In this document: one piece after another, positions 1-11,568 of the stretch
Numbering within the stretch: position 1 is the stretch's first letter
How the letters are laid out: each line of letters begins with the position of its first letter
Source of the DNA: Amphiscolops sp. MND2022
Lineage: Eukaryota
DNA length: 64,000 nt
Reading direction: 5' to 3'
Assembly (NCBI GenBank): GCA_964187785.1
Contig: OZ076409.1
Location: forward strand, 52,640,001-52,704,000
Notes under the pieces: model-generated
The model's database searches: none
What the model was told of the DNA's origin: nothing
Seen by the model: the letters and a program-made list of their open reading frames with translations, nothing else
Program-made: the position numbers and the translations under genes

Positions 1-3000
1 GGAATACTCGTGTTGGTTCACAACCAATGCTCGCATGATGGCTGGTATTGTGGTTCGGAACTGCAAGGGGTAGATATTTATGCCATTGTCGGTCATATTC
101 TCCACATGCCATTTTGTGATTTGTCTTGAGAAAGGCGTGTGTTAGCTCTAGTTTCCCAACCGTTTGCGGATTTTTGGTTGTTGCACATTTTAGTAATTCA
201 CAAAAATTGTGTAATTTCCTTAATAATCGTGGAAGTGAACGCAATTCTTTTGTCAGTAATCAATTTCGTCGGTAGGTATGCGAGCCTAGAAGATAAGCGA
301 ATAGGTAACGCGAAAAGACATCGATTGCAGTAAGCACGTTTGATTACCCTCCACTTGGTGGAAGATTCGGCAATAGGTCGATCTGTTTTGCGTCTTCGGA
401 CCAAGGTCCATTCCGGCAAACTGAGTAGTTCGGGTGTAATCGTTGCATTGGAGACTCTCTTGTTTTTTGCGCATTGTTGACACGCCTCTACCCGTTATTT
501 GACGTGTTTCACTATGCTGGGGTACTATTACTTTTGTATGATCTCCTGCAGCATTTTTGATATACCAGGGTGCCTATGGGCTATCCCGTGAAATGACTGA
601 GGCGATTCTTTGAGTATGTGTTGCGGGAGAAGTATTTGGTGGTATTTTACATTTCCCATTTCTTCAAAGTATTGCCGAGTCAGGTTGTTTACCTTGACCA
701 CAATACGCTCAACGTTGCTAGCGTAGTCTCGGTATCTGTCTTCTTGTTGCAGTATGCGCTCTGAATATTCTTCAAGAAGGAGTTTGGCCTTCAATTGTTG
801 CAATACTGCATCTTTAGAATGCACAATATTGTTCTGGTTACTTTTGCGCAGTCGCATCTGTTTTCAGGTTGTTGTCGTATTAAGTTGGTAAAAACAATTG
901 GAATTGTTATAATAGATTCTGCGCTGGCAATGTTTCGTCTGGTTTCTTCCTTTCTCGCTCAATGTTGTTCTTCAGTTTCTTGATGATAGGTTGTATAGAA
1001 AAATTGTACTCCTTGCATTACCACGGCTGATTGAACATTGATTTCGATTGGTAGGGTTTGTACATCCTCGCGGATTTTCGTGACCAGTTTGACTTTTGGA
1101 TCCGCTTCGGGACAGGATAGGTAATCTGCTGCTGTGTTCTGTGCTTCTGGGACGTGAGCTATTACAAAATTGAATTGTATGACATAACCACAAGCATTCA
1201 GCAGGGCTGACGTTACGATTTTTTCCGGAAAAATCGCGTCAGACCTTTGTTTTCAGTGAGGTTAGAGACCGGTTTAGGCGCTCCCCAGAAGATATGTCCA
1301 AATTCTCTGAATGCAAAAAATTTTGCAATGAACTCTCTTGCGTATATTCACATCTTGAATTCAGTGAAGGTTTTTGAATCAGAAGCCACTGGGGCGTATG
1401 ACTTGCGGACTGAAGTAAACTTTTGGTAAGGGTCATCTTCTAAGTGGACTGCATATCCAGCAGCGGCAATACTCGCATCCGTCATTCAGGCGATTTGTTC
1501 GTTAGGAAGTGGCTGCTGTAGAGTTAGGTCGCCCGATTTGTCAAGTGCATTATTAATTTCTTCAAATTGTTGAACCAATTTTTTAGGATCTACGACCTTT
1601 TCGTCACTACTTCAGCATCTTGTAGAATGGGGCTAGGCGTTAGGACAGTCTTGGCACGTAATTACGGTAACAATTCAAGAGTCCCAAACATCTTTGTAAG
1701 GTAATTTTCGACTTTAGAAATTTGGTCTTTTCCAGAAAGTTTTGAGCGTTTTGTTTCTGGGGTTTAACGCCTTGAGGGGTAATAGTTCTTCCACGAAATC
1801 AATTTTGGTTGCTCCAAAATGACGTTTGTGCATTGTAAGTTTAAGGCCTGCCTCATGAATACAATTGAAGGTTGCTCTCTGGTTGGCAATGAGGTGGTCG
1901 GCATCATTGGCGACGATACCGATGTCGTCCACATATTGAGCACACTGATCCGCTTTCAAAAGTTTGTCGAGGTATTTCCTCATAAAGCACGAAAACCCAT
2001 AAAGTGTCCAGCTCTGGCCTTGTGCCCAACGTTTACATGCAAAATGAAAACTAGCGAAGTTGAATGCGAACATCTCTATTGACCGTTGGTCGGTCATTTG
2101 AAGCCGGTGAGATGCTTGTCAACAGTTCAATTTGCAGACACGCTTCTTTCCGCCATGTGTTGGGCAGCATCAGCGAGAGTGCTAACGGGATGATTGTTAA
2201 TAAAAAATCGTCCGAATTTAGTTTGTTGATTTTTCTCAGATCTACTAATAACGGGAGTTTCCTTTTATTTTTTTTCTGCGTTATTTTTGGGCTAGCATCG
2301 TTGGAGAAAGCAAGTGTGGTAAATATGCCATATCTGTAAGCATGGCTAATTCGACGAATATGTCTTCCTTAAGATTGATTGGTGCTGGAAGTCTTTGACT
2401 GTAAGCAGGAGTTTTACCTTGAATTTTTCGTTTATCCTGACATCGAACCGGTGTCTAGCAAAAATGTCTTGGAATTCCACCAGTAGTACTACAATTCGCT
2501 GTTTTTCCTTGGCTGCAGGAGTGGAATCTTTCCAATCAAAGTGTTCTGGATATTCTGTCCTGGATTCCGCGTCCTTGGTAGGGTCGAGTGTCTCCAGGCC
2601 CTGTAAGGCTCGCACCTCTTGTAGGATTTGTCATTGAAAAAGCGTGTCATCGTCAGGGTTTCCAGGGTTCTCTGGGGTAGGAAACCAGTAGTTTCAGAGT
2701 TTCGTGGGATTCTTTTCGTATTGATGAGTCTACTGACGTAATGGGCAGCTTACTTCTGGTCATTTGTAAATAGGAACCAAGTTGACGTTGGGTCAACAGA
2801 CTTGACATTTTTCATTTGCTCCGGTGTCATGACGGAAAAAATGGCAATGTGAAGTCCATTCTTGAGTTTGTAAGGTTGATCTGTAAAATTGTTTTCTGGT
2901 ATTTGAATATTGCCGTCGTGCAAGGTGAACCGCTGGGCAGAAGGCATTGTCACCTTCTTCGTGCAATAGGTAACTTAGTTGAAGTATGCCAGTGACTGCG

Positions 3001-3480
3001 TTTCCAGGGTAAAATTGGGAATTTGTCCTAATCAGGACTCTATCATTCAGTAGTATAGCAATTTCGGTAAGTCTGAGGATTGTTTCAGGGACATTGAAAG
3101 ACCGATGATCAGCTGTTTTAAGCTGCCTCGAGAAGACCGGGAATTCAAACCCCCTTGCTTCATATCCAAAACTGTATGATTTCTCGGGAGAAACAGTTGT
3201 CTAAATTTTGGTCCTGTTAGATTATCCATCACGATGAAGATTTCATGGAACTCAATGTCACCAACCTCAAATTTCAGTTGAAAAGTTTTCTTAGGAGTTT
3301 CTAATTGTCCATTAGCGACTATTATTTGAAAGTTTGGAGGGGACTTTTCGGATAACTAATTGTGGAGAGTGTGGACGAAATTTCCGAAATTCCATTTCAA
3401 TAACTGCACTGAATAAAACACCAGTGTCCATTAGGCCGTCTATGGCTAAAACCACAAAGTCCACTAAGAAGTACAGCATG
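1..3480 (-). pseudogene. pol: pol (protease-RT-RNase H-integrase) of family A, fragmented
   Basis: DTG near 3425; ORFs 2346-2615 and 1714-2097 (YVDD); integrase H2C2 at 528-857; integrase core at about 1-400. Confidence 0.88.
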
Positions 3481-3972
3481 CGTTTCTTGCCTTTGATGTT
3501 GATATTCGTAGAGAGTTGTATGCAGTCAAGTTAACCTTCTTTGGTGACAAGAATGATTTGAAACTGTTTTTCATCTAATAGGGAATGAGGAGAAGTGTCT
3601 GTAGTAGTGCTCAGTCACCAAAGGATTCGGAAAGACGGGATAGGTTGTTCAATATTTCTTTTGCCAGTTTTCAATAAGTGCCCTAGTTTTCTTACTGTGA
3701 GTGATTGGAGGGTTTTCGCGAACTCTTCTCTGGCAGAGTTCAATATCATCAAGGACGTGCTAGAATTGCAGCAGGTCCTGGTTGTAGATTTCAGTGTCCC
3801 AATATGGATCTCCGCTGTAGCTTGGATCAATATATGTCTGATTGTAGTCGCCGATAAGTGGAATGGGCCTGAATCGGATGGTAAAGTTTGTGGTGTAATC
3901 AGGATCCCAAGAAGGAATAAGTTTTTGGTACTAGTGGGTGTTATTATACGTGTTGAGAATTGCTTTCGCCAT

Positions 3973-5639
3973 CTATTGCTGCCTGACAACAGAGGGATAA
4001 CCCATCAATTGTTGTTGGTAATCGCAAAAGACTTTAGTTGGAGGATCAAGTCTGACATATTGTCGGACTGATACTAGATAGAGGTGTCGGAGCCGTGGTG
4101 AAATTAATTTTTTTGAATCATTTTTGGTTGATGTGGACTGAAAGTTGGACCTTGTGGAGTTAGGGCGAGCTTTCGGTGCTGTGGATTCTGGGTTGCTGTC
4201 CGATGAGTCTTCAGCCCTAGTACGTTTATGCTTGAGATGTGCGCCTGCACCCTGCCAACATCGTTCCTCAGGATGGTTTGTTTTCCCACAAGTCCACTTT
4301 CTGGGTAGTTTTTCTTTTGAGTTGGTTTGCCCTTCTGGGCATCCTACTCCATTTTTTTGAGTTTCTCGCAATTTTTGACCATTTGACCCGTTTCCTGAAG
4401 TAATTGCAGACGATATTGGTGAGTATCCCATTGAAAAGAAGGTTGTTGGGCTTAGATGTTGAAGATGTCATTGCCACCATTGGCAAGTCGTCGGATTCCT
4501 CAAGGGCGTTAAGTTCCCTTTCTGTCTCAAGATGGGCAACAATTTCGTCATAAGAACCATTCCTATGTCGGGCCATGTTGACTGATCTCTTGAGGATTGG
4601 GGGTAATTTCGCTAAAAGGAGATTGTCTATCATGCTTCGAGCCTTGTCTCCGAATGCTTTCTCTGCCCCTTGGTTCAATTCCTCAAGAAAATCGGGTAGT
4701 TTCATTGTATTGGGGTCAAAGCCGAAACGATGCCATTTTTGTTTGGCAGTCGTTGTGATTCGGGTTTGGCGTATTTTCGTCTGAAGATCACCAATAGGTC
4801 CTCGAGGGTCTGTCTGTAGATTGTATTGATGTTCCGGAATGTTTGTAGGGCTCCTTTGCGGAGACGTTAATTTTCATCTGTTCTGACAACTCCGGTTGCA
4901 TCTTGATCATTTTATGAAAGGGATCTTCAAAGAGCTCAATCTTCTCGCTTTTCCCGTCGATGGTCACTGTATTAGAATTGACTGGACGAATAGTGAGTTG
5001 TGGGTGAGCTCAGGTCGGTTTTGCAAGCTAGTCAGTGAATCGGCTAGTCTGTGAATTGGGTCTTGTGCGGCCATTGGAGGGTCTTGTTCTGGAGTGGGTT
5101 ATGTCGCCTCAAGGGAGTCGTTGTGATCACAGTTGGACTGATTGGACTGTTCATGACGGGTTGCGTCCCGTGGGAAACTTAGGGAATCATGAAATGGAGA
5201 TTCGTTGTCTCCTGTCACCATGTAATGAGTATACTCATTTTTCTCATCTCTAATGAGGTTTCGAGGAAACTCATCTCTCGAACTACTCCCGAGCTTGCGG
5301 TTAAAGGCTTCCTTAGATCTGTAACTATTCATTACTTGCTTCACTTAAGGCCTTTTCTATCTGTGAACTTACACTACTCGTTAAAGATCACAGATCTATT
5401 CAGTGATCCTTCGAAATAATTCCCCAGGCATTCTATTTTCATTCTCTTTAGTGTTAGAGTCAGAACTTGAGTCATGATTAACGAGGGCTTTCTGGTCTTC
5501 TGACTGCATAGCTTAGCTTGCTTTCCTTTCTTTTGAAGTGATTGCTACCTAGCTTTAGATCCATGTTTTCAATGTTTGATAACATATCAGTTTCTCTAGA
5601 TTTTCAAGCCTTGCTCTTTTGCTTTCTTGTAGTAGGCAT
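3973..5639 (-). pseudogene. gag: gag of family A, starting inside the LTR
   Basis: MPTTRKQKSKA*KSRETDMLSNIENMDLKLG from ATG 5639; reads THY-MVTG across the LTR/PBS junction; capsid-like KLPDFLEELNQGAEKAFG (4268-4705); zinc knuckle; frameshifted. Confidence 0.75.
5209..5220 (-). other. Primer-binding site TGGTGACAGGAG (tRNA-Leu-like, tentative)
   Basis: TGG directly after the LTR-terminal CA; one mismatch from TGGTGTCAGGAG, the complement of a typical metazoan tRNA-Leu 3' end. Confidence 0.6.
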
Positions 5640-7276
5640 GATGAATACCCGATGGTATGATTCGAATTACTATATCGGAAAGCGATTATTTCAATATAGG
5701 TTTGAACACTGATTAGCTCGGAAAGATTGTGTCAGAATTAAGGGGCTGCAGGTATAACTACCTTTGCAGGCATGACATTCACATTTTTGCATTTCATCAA
5801 TAACATATTTATCATCTCATCTAGAGGAAAAGTCACATGATCTTCGGATGTTTTATTCCTGGAAAGTCACCTGATCATCAGCGGTTAGGAGCATTAAAGC
5901 TACGGAAAAATCTAAAACCTACTACAAAACATTTTGAAAACAACTTCAAATGAAACAACGTAATTTTACCAGCTGCAACATTTCTTCAAAGTGCCAACTA
6001 ATAGCAAAAAGTCTTACAAACATGCATCAACAATATCAGGCACGCATTTACACGAGAGCCATACCAGGTCACAAAAATGGAACAAACTTCAAAATACATG
6101 TATGGGGATTAATTAGTGTAATAGCCGAATACGGCCATCAGACGCAACAATGCACTTTGAGCAATAGCCGGAATAGGTCGAGAGACTGGTTTTTAGAGCA
6201 CTACACAAACTAAATATTGACTACTTCAAACACCAACACTAATTACGATTAAAGATTTCATAGCGCTTTGAGTACTTGTCTGTTTATTTGGCCGGAACTA
6301 TTATTGCACAGCGAACTATTAGTCAAACGGCGGTAACCGGCAAACAACCATACTGCACTATGAGAATGAAGAGCTGTGATTGGTTAATGGGGGACTGGTG
6401 AGTATCGCTGCCGTAAAAGTACGGGAGCTCTTTCCAACTCGTTTCCGTACTTCTTCGCACTGTTATACATTTGCCTAGCATTACAACATTCACAGCTTTG
6501 ATTGCAATTCATCGCATTAAACAATTCAACCAACATTTCTAATATTCCAATATATAATGTTAACAATCTAATATTTCCCATATTCAAAACACGAATGCAG
6601 CAACAATATACGATAACATTACCTTGCATAAGTAATTGTACCTACTGATTGTCCGTGTATGTAGCGTATTGGTAACCAAACACCCAATGTAGCGTATTTC
6701 ACTCACGTTCTGGTACGGCTTCGTGTTTTGGATGTGATAGGCGGCTCTGAAAGTCGAATCTGAAGGCTGGTCGATCGGAGTCTCCACTACAAGTCCTCTT
6801 TCGTGTGGAGGAGAAGACATGGGTGTATCTGCGACTGGAATTTTTGTCTTGCACAACTGAATTCTTTCTCGGGCGTCTTCTTTGACAGGGGCGTAACACA
6901 GCTTTTCGTCGAAATGTACTTTGCTAAATTTGGAGGCATCACCTCCACACATCTGACTTGTGCTAGGCCCATCAACCATTTCTTCCATTACTTTTACGCG
7001 GTGTTATGCATTTGCTTAGCTTCACAACTTTCACCAGATTTTATTGCAATTCATCGCAATAAACAATTCAACCAACAATTCTAACATTCCAGTATATAAT
7101 GTTAACAGACTAAAATTCCCCATATTCAAAACACGAATGTAGCAACATTATAAAATAATATTAATTTGCATCAGTAAACGTTTAGTTTTAGTATATAGGG
7201 AGTGTACCCGGGGCTGGATCCTAATTGCTGGCGCATGTCGTATACTTTCTCCTGTCACAGGCGGCAGCCTGCGACA
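5221..7276 (-). repeat. 5' LTR of family A element (about 2.06 kb)
   Basis: On minus starts TGTCGCAGG and ends CATTACA directly before TGGTGACAGG; both termini and an internal AACTCGTTTCC block are homologous to 38726-40228 and 56414-58364. Confidence 0.8.
6670..6988 (-). pseudogene. Fragment of the family A accessory ORF embedded in the LTR
   Basis: HFDEKLCYAP..PMSSPPHERG..AAYHIQNTKPYQNVSE..GCLV aligns with YFNKEMCLAP..PLSPPDHERG..ASYHVQNIKPYENVSE..GCMV at about 58520-58770. Confidence 0.8.
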
Positions 7277-8239
7277 GGAAGTGATAAGCTTACCCTCAAT
7301 AAATGTTGATTTTTTTGCACGAAATTGGTTTTCTGGTTTGCAAAAGAACCATTTGCCATTTGCTTGTAGTTATAAAGCATTTGATTCACGCAAAGATATC
7401 GAGTGTTCAATTCCAATTAGAAGAAAGTATCTATAGAGCCAAATTCATACAAACATTGCGAATAATTCAATTTTCACCAGTAAATATTGATGAATTACCT
7501 TGATTATTCGGCTTTTTGTTAGTGCCAAAAGGCTTCTTTGAGTCAGAATAGGTCAATCCCGCACAATCCGTTAGTCTAAAACTCAAAAACTACTGGTTTT
7601 TGCCACTGGTTTATCTCTCTTTCACTGGTATTTCTGAAACGACGTGCAATTCTTAACTGGAAACATCGATACCGAAGTTGAAGAAATGAAAAAAGTTGAA
7701 AATTCAAAAATTAAACTAATCTCTGTCGTAATAAACCCACAAACTACTGCTTACGAGGCTCGCATTCTAACTAAGCCAAATAACGTAACTCCGGCATGAA
7801 CGTCCTTCAAGAAGTCGACCACTCAGTGTGAAGTCTTTAGTCTGGCAAACAAGTTGGAACGGCAAATGTGTGTGCCTGGGTCGCGACTTAGAAACAGTAA
7901 GTACTATAAGTCGCATTTGGACATAGGAAAGGTTTTTCTTAGTCAAAAAGTCCGAAAAACAAAAATTTTCTTTTTGTGGGGAGAAGCGGTTTTAAAAATA
8001 ACAAAGAACTCGTACAACTTGGCAGTTTGAACGATGATGTCAAAAGACCAATTAGACAACCCTCTGAGTTGTTACTGTTAAGTTTCAAAAGCTCGACAGA
8101 TAAGACCAACATGTAGTTTTGTGTGGCAAAAATTAACAAAAAAAGAATTTGAATCACTTCGGTTCGAATTCAGGCGTTTTGTCGAGTTTTTGGAACTTTT
8201 ATAGCGACTTCGACCGGATTGAAAAAAAAACAGTCACAC

Positions 8240-8530
8240 CGCTTAAGGCTCAAAAAGTACAAAATTTTTAGAATAGGCTCAAGGCGTTTTTGAGTGCACA
8301 GAAGACTCCTAGGGTTTTCGGCACTATGTGACATTTTCCAAAGGAAAAAAATCCGGTTTTTTCAAAAAATTTTCCAGCAAAAGTGGTTTCCAACTCTTAT
8401 CGAGCATGAAAGGCACCCTTTGCGTGTCTCGAAACTGTTTTCGAAGCATTTCATAAAAATGCTCTGGCATATTTTAGTAAGTTTTCTGAGCCTTAGATTT
8501 AGCGCCGACTTTGGCCGTTCCCGGCATGTT
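8240..8530 (+). mobile_element. 3' fragment of Helentron/DINE-1-like non-autonomous element (family H1)
   Basis: Ends GAGCCTTAGATTTAGCGCCGACTTTGGCCGTTCCCGGCATGTT, matching the 3' ends at 18598 and 51022. Confidence 0.6.
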
Positions 8531-9627
8531 GGTCTCGTACCTGCCTTCAGGAGGAGATACTTACTCTAATCACATTCCTTTCTATTAGAATCTATAATTT
8601 TTTAAAGATTTCGTGCAAAAGCGATGGTACTGCTCCCAAGAGTACCACATATCAGAGATCGGACAAGACTGCTAGATGACGACAAATTATTATTATATAA
8701 GCAAAAAACGTCACTTTACTGACACTGTTTTTATTGGTCCTAATGAAAAAACTTAATGAGTTCAAAAAGCCTCGACACCAGAGCTTTGACATCTCCAATT
8801 AGCGAATTACCGGCCGCGCAGAATGTTTCAGCGAGTTTATTACCCATTCGAATTCATTATTCTTCAAATTATTAGCGACGGTAATTTTTCTGTATGGATC
8901 AAATCGAAAGAAGCGTTTCGCTACACTAGGTGCGACACTATAATGCATAGACCGGACCTTCTTTCGCGAGTTGTAAGGTCGTTGGAGGTATAAAAGTTCA
9001 AACTTGCAAGTTTCTTTCCAGAATCAGCGATATCTTGCAAGATTCTTGTTCATCATCTTGCAAGGTTTCAATCGTCTTGCAAGGTTCTTGCAAGACCGGC
9101 ATCATCTCGCAAGAAACTTGCAACAATAACATTTTTTGTAAGAAACTTGCAAGATAAGTGGAAGATTTCAATTTTTCTCAGACTAGGGAAAGCTCTCAAA
9201 GATGTGGGTACCAAAAAATACTTTGGATTCGGTAATTGCAATGTTGATGAAAGATTCGAATCCAATTGGGTCAAAACAGTTTGCCAAGTTTACAGCATGA
9301 CGATTCAGTTATGACATTCGAGGCGGTTACAGTTTGCAACTCTGCATAAAGTTGAATCCTTAAAGAGCCCGATGCATCGATAAGGCAGGTTAGGTTACGA
9401 GACAGCTGACAATGCATTCGATACCAACAACCCTTCTCCTGTGTAGCGACTGATAATTTCTTAAGATTTTCTATAGTGCGAAACATACCACATTGCAATC
9501 TGACTTTGAGAACTGATATTTATTGAAACGTTGTGCATCAAGTGCCACAATAACGAAATACAATTTTTTTTCGGTCGATTTTGAATCGATGCAAAGTATC
9601 GTCGATTATTTCAGCCATAACCCTGCA

Positions 9628-10033
9628 TTATTTTTTCCACGATTTGCGCAACAACAAGATATGGACATTTTGCATCTCGTGATCAATTTCCGATAAAAAC
9701 ATGAAAATACTTAATCTGTTTTTTTTCCAAATTCTGCCAAATCTCCTCCCAATTTCTTCGACCTCACCTATGGTCACTTGACTATTTTAGTTACTAGTAA
9801 CTGAAATAGTCAAGTAACTAAAACAGCTTAGAGAGGGATTAATATCTAAAGTCAAAAATGGGAATAAGATTTAAAATTTCAGGACGGGAATGATATCTAT
9901 ATGGTTTAAGATCTAAAATCAGTAAAGTTTAGATCTTATACTTTAAATCCTATTCCCGGAGCCCCCTCCCAAAATAGCTATGGCTCAGTTGGCGAAGGCG
10001 AAAATTATCCCGGTGCTTAGCGGGCGTCTTGTT
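9628..10033 (+). mobile_element. Helentron/DINE-1-like non-autonomous element (family H2)
   Basis: Reverse-complement homolog of 20378-20596 and 31872-32092; ends CCCGGTGCTTAGCGGGCGTCTTGTT; internal GTCAAGTAACTA inverted repeats. Confidence 0.55.
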
Positions 10034-10749
10034 ACTGAATACTTTTTGAACTCATCGAAAAACGTTTTTATACCAGCTGTTTTCATTAGATCGATATGGT
10101 TTTTGAGAAGCGTTTTAAGTATATACTTCAAATATGGAATAAAACTTTAAACTTCAAACTGGTATAATCCACTGCAAGATACCTTCAACCGTGACATGTC
10201 ACGGTTGAAGTTTTCTAGCAGTGGGATTGCATTGTATAATTCGCACTTGTCTTGTTGAACCAGATAGCTTCTTCTGCGTGTAATGATGTCTTTCTCAAGT
10301 GTCTTCTTATCGTCACCGACACTTCTTTTGCACATACAAAGCATTGTAATGATCACCTATCGTCGACACGAAAAGTGTGAAAAATTCGTTCGAGGACAAA
10401 TTTGGGAACTAGAATTTGGCGATTTCGGGCATATTCCACCAAGAGACTCCGTGTCTTCTAAAAAGATCTGCCAGCCAAATCAAAGAGGCCCAGAATGAAT
10501 CAGAGCAAATAAAGACCCGCAAGAAGCTAGAAAAGACCGCATACCGAGAGTGTGAAAATGAGCTGAAACTCATTAACGATACGACTCGTTCTAATACTTT
10601 CATTAGCATGTTGCTACCAATTGCAATGTCTTGAGATTGCCTAATCGAGCATCCGTGCTTGTGCCCCACTAATTATCACCTTGCCGAAAAGACTGTGCAG
10701 TGAAATATCGATTATCTACATGTTTTAGCTCGTGAGCTAACTTTTTCTT

Positions 10750-11048
10750 TGTAACCTGAACCTGTGATGCAGAAATTTATCTTTGCCACCATCTCTATTT
10801 TTAAAGGCTGTCTGAGTGGTAATTTCGGCAGAAAAAGCGTAATTCGCACTACGGATGGCAGTGAGAGACTGGAAAAGGTCAACGAGTACTCCACAGGAGG
10901 CGGAATCCTCCTCTGACGGGACAACTTTTACCCGAAGGAGGCAAAATGGATCTATGGCTATGGGCGCCTGTCCCGGGCAAACACCCATGTTGTAGATTCC
11001 TCCAGCTCTATGGTTCAAAAGGGACAATGGTGAGAGCTTTTCGTTACA
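10750..11048. repeat. Short diverged LTR-like copy (family C)
   Basis: TGTAAC...GTTACA termini; block GGAGGCAAAATGGATCTATGGCTATGGGCGCCTGTCC shared with about 19010-19050 and 20127-20165; no clean TSD. Confidence 0.55.
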
Positions 11049-11568
11049 CTTACTAGTGCCACTATAGAGCGGAACTATCTTGGATGTTTCTGGACCACAT
11101 ATGAAACTTTTTCACTCGAAGTTGCACCAACTCGCGGCATGACGTTCTGAATGCCAAAAACTGAACTGTAAATGCAAAACAAGGGACTTAAAATGCGATA
11201 TGAAATGCAGCTATGAAACAACGTAATAATATACAGTTTGGGAGAATACAATCTTGCTGCAAGCAGCGTATTTGGGATCGATTACATGCTCGAGCTGTTA
11301 TTCCGAGCCGAATACGTATTGTTCGTTTTGAATAATATACATTACATGCATTTTAACCTCAGGAGTAATTACAGACTGAGATAGGTGGAGGACATGCAAT
11401 AGAGACCTTACATGAATGACTTAGAGACTCGAATGTGTCCCCTCTAATGGTTTTCAGAATTCCAATTCCCTGGGGATGGACGCCAAGCTTGTTTTGACTC
11501 TGGGTTAAAAGAATTGCATGGGCTTTCTTTAAACCTTTGTAGGTGTTAGCAAAGGCTCAGTGATTCTT

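Larger units (their letters stand above)
1..7276 (-). mobile_element. Degenerate long-LTR Ty3/Gypsy retrotransposon (family A): 5' LTR, PBS, gag-pol; 3' part lies outside the window
   Basis: Minus-strand order gag zinc knuckle (WTCGKTNHPEERC), protease (MDTG), RT (QYVDDIGI), RNase H, integrase (HGIAHRHPGISKM; LQIDLLP; AIDVFSRYLFAY) is the Gypsy order; many stops and frameshifts. Confidence 0.9.

Noticed and set aside
7251..7280. Terminal hairpin as a DIRS, Helitron or terminator signal
   Set aside because: The element has a DDE integrase, PBS, TG..CA ends and a 5-bp TSD on the solo copy; no tyrosine recombinase or Rep is seen and there is no U tract.
10147..10670. Short coding-looking ORFs, possible LINE relic
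   Set aside because: No recognisable motif or splice-consistent structure.
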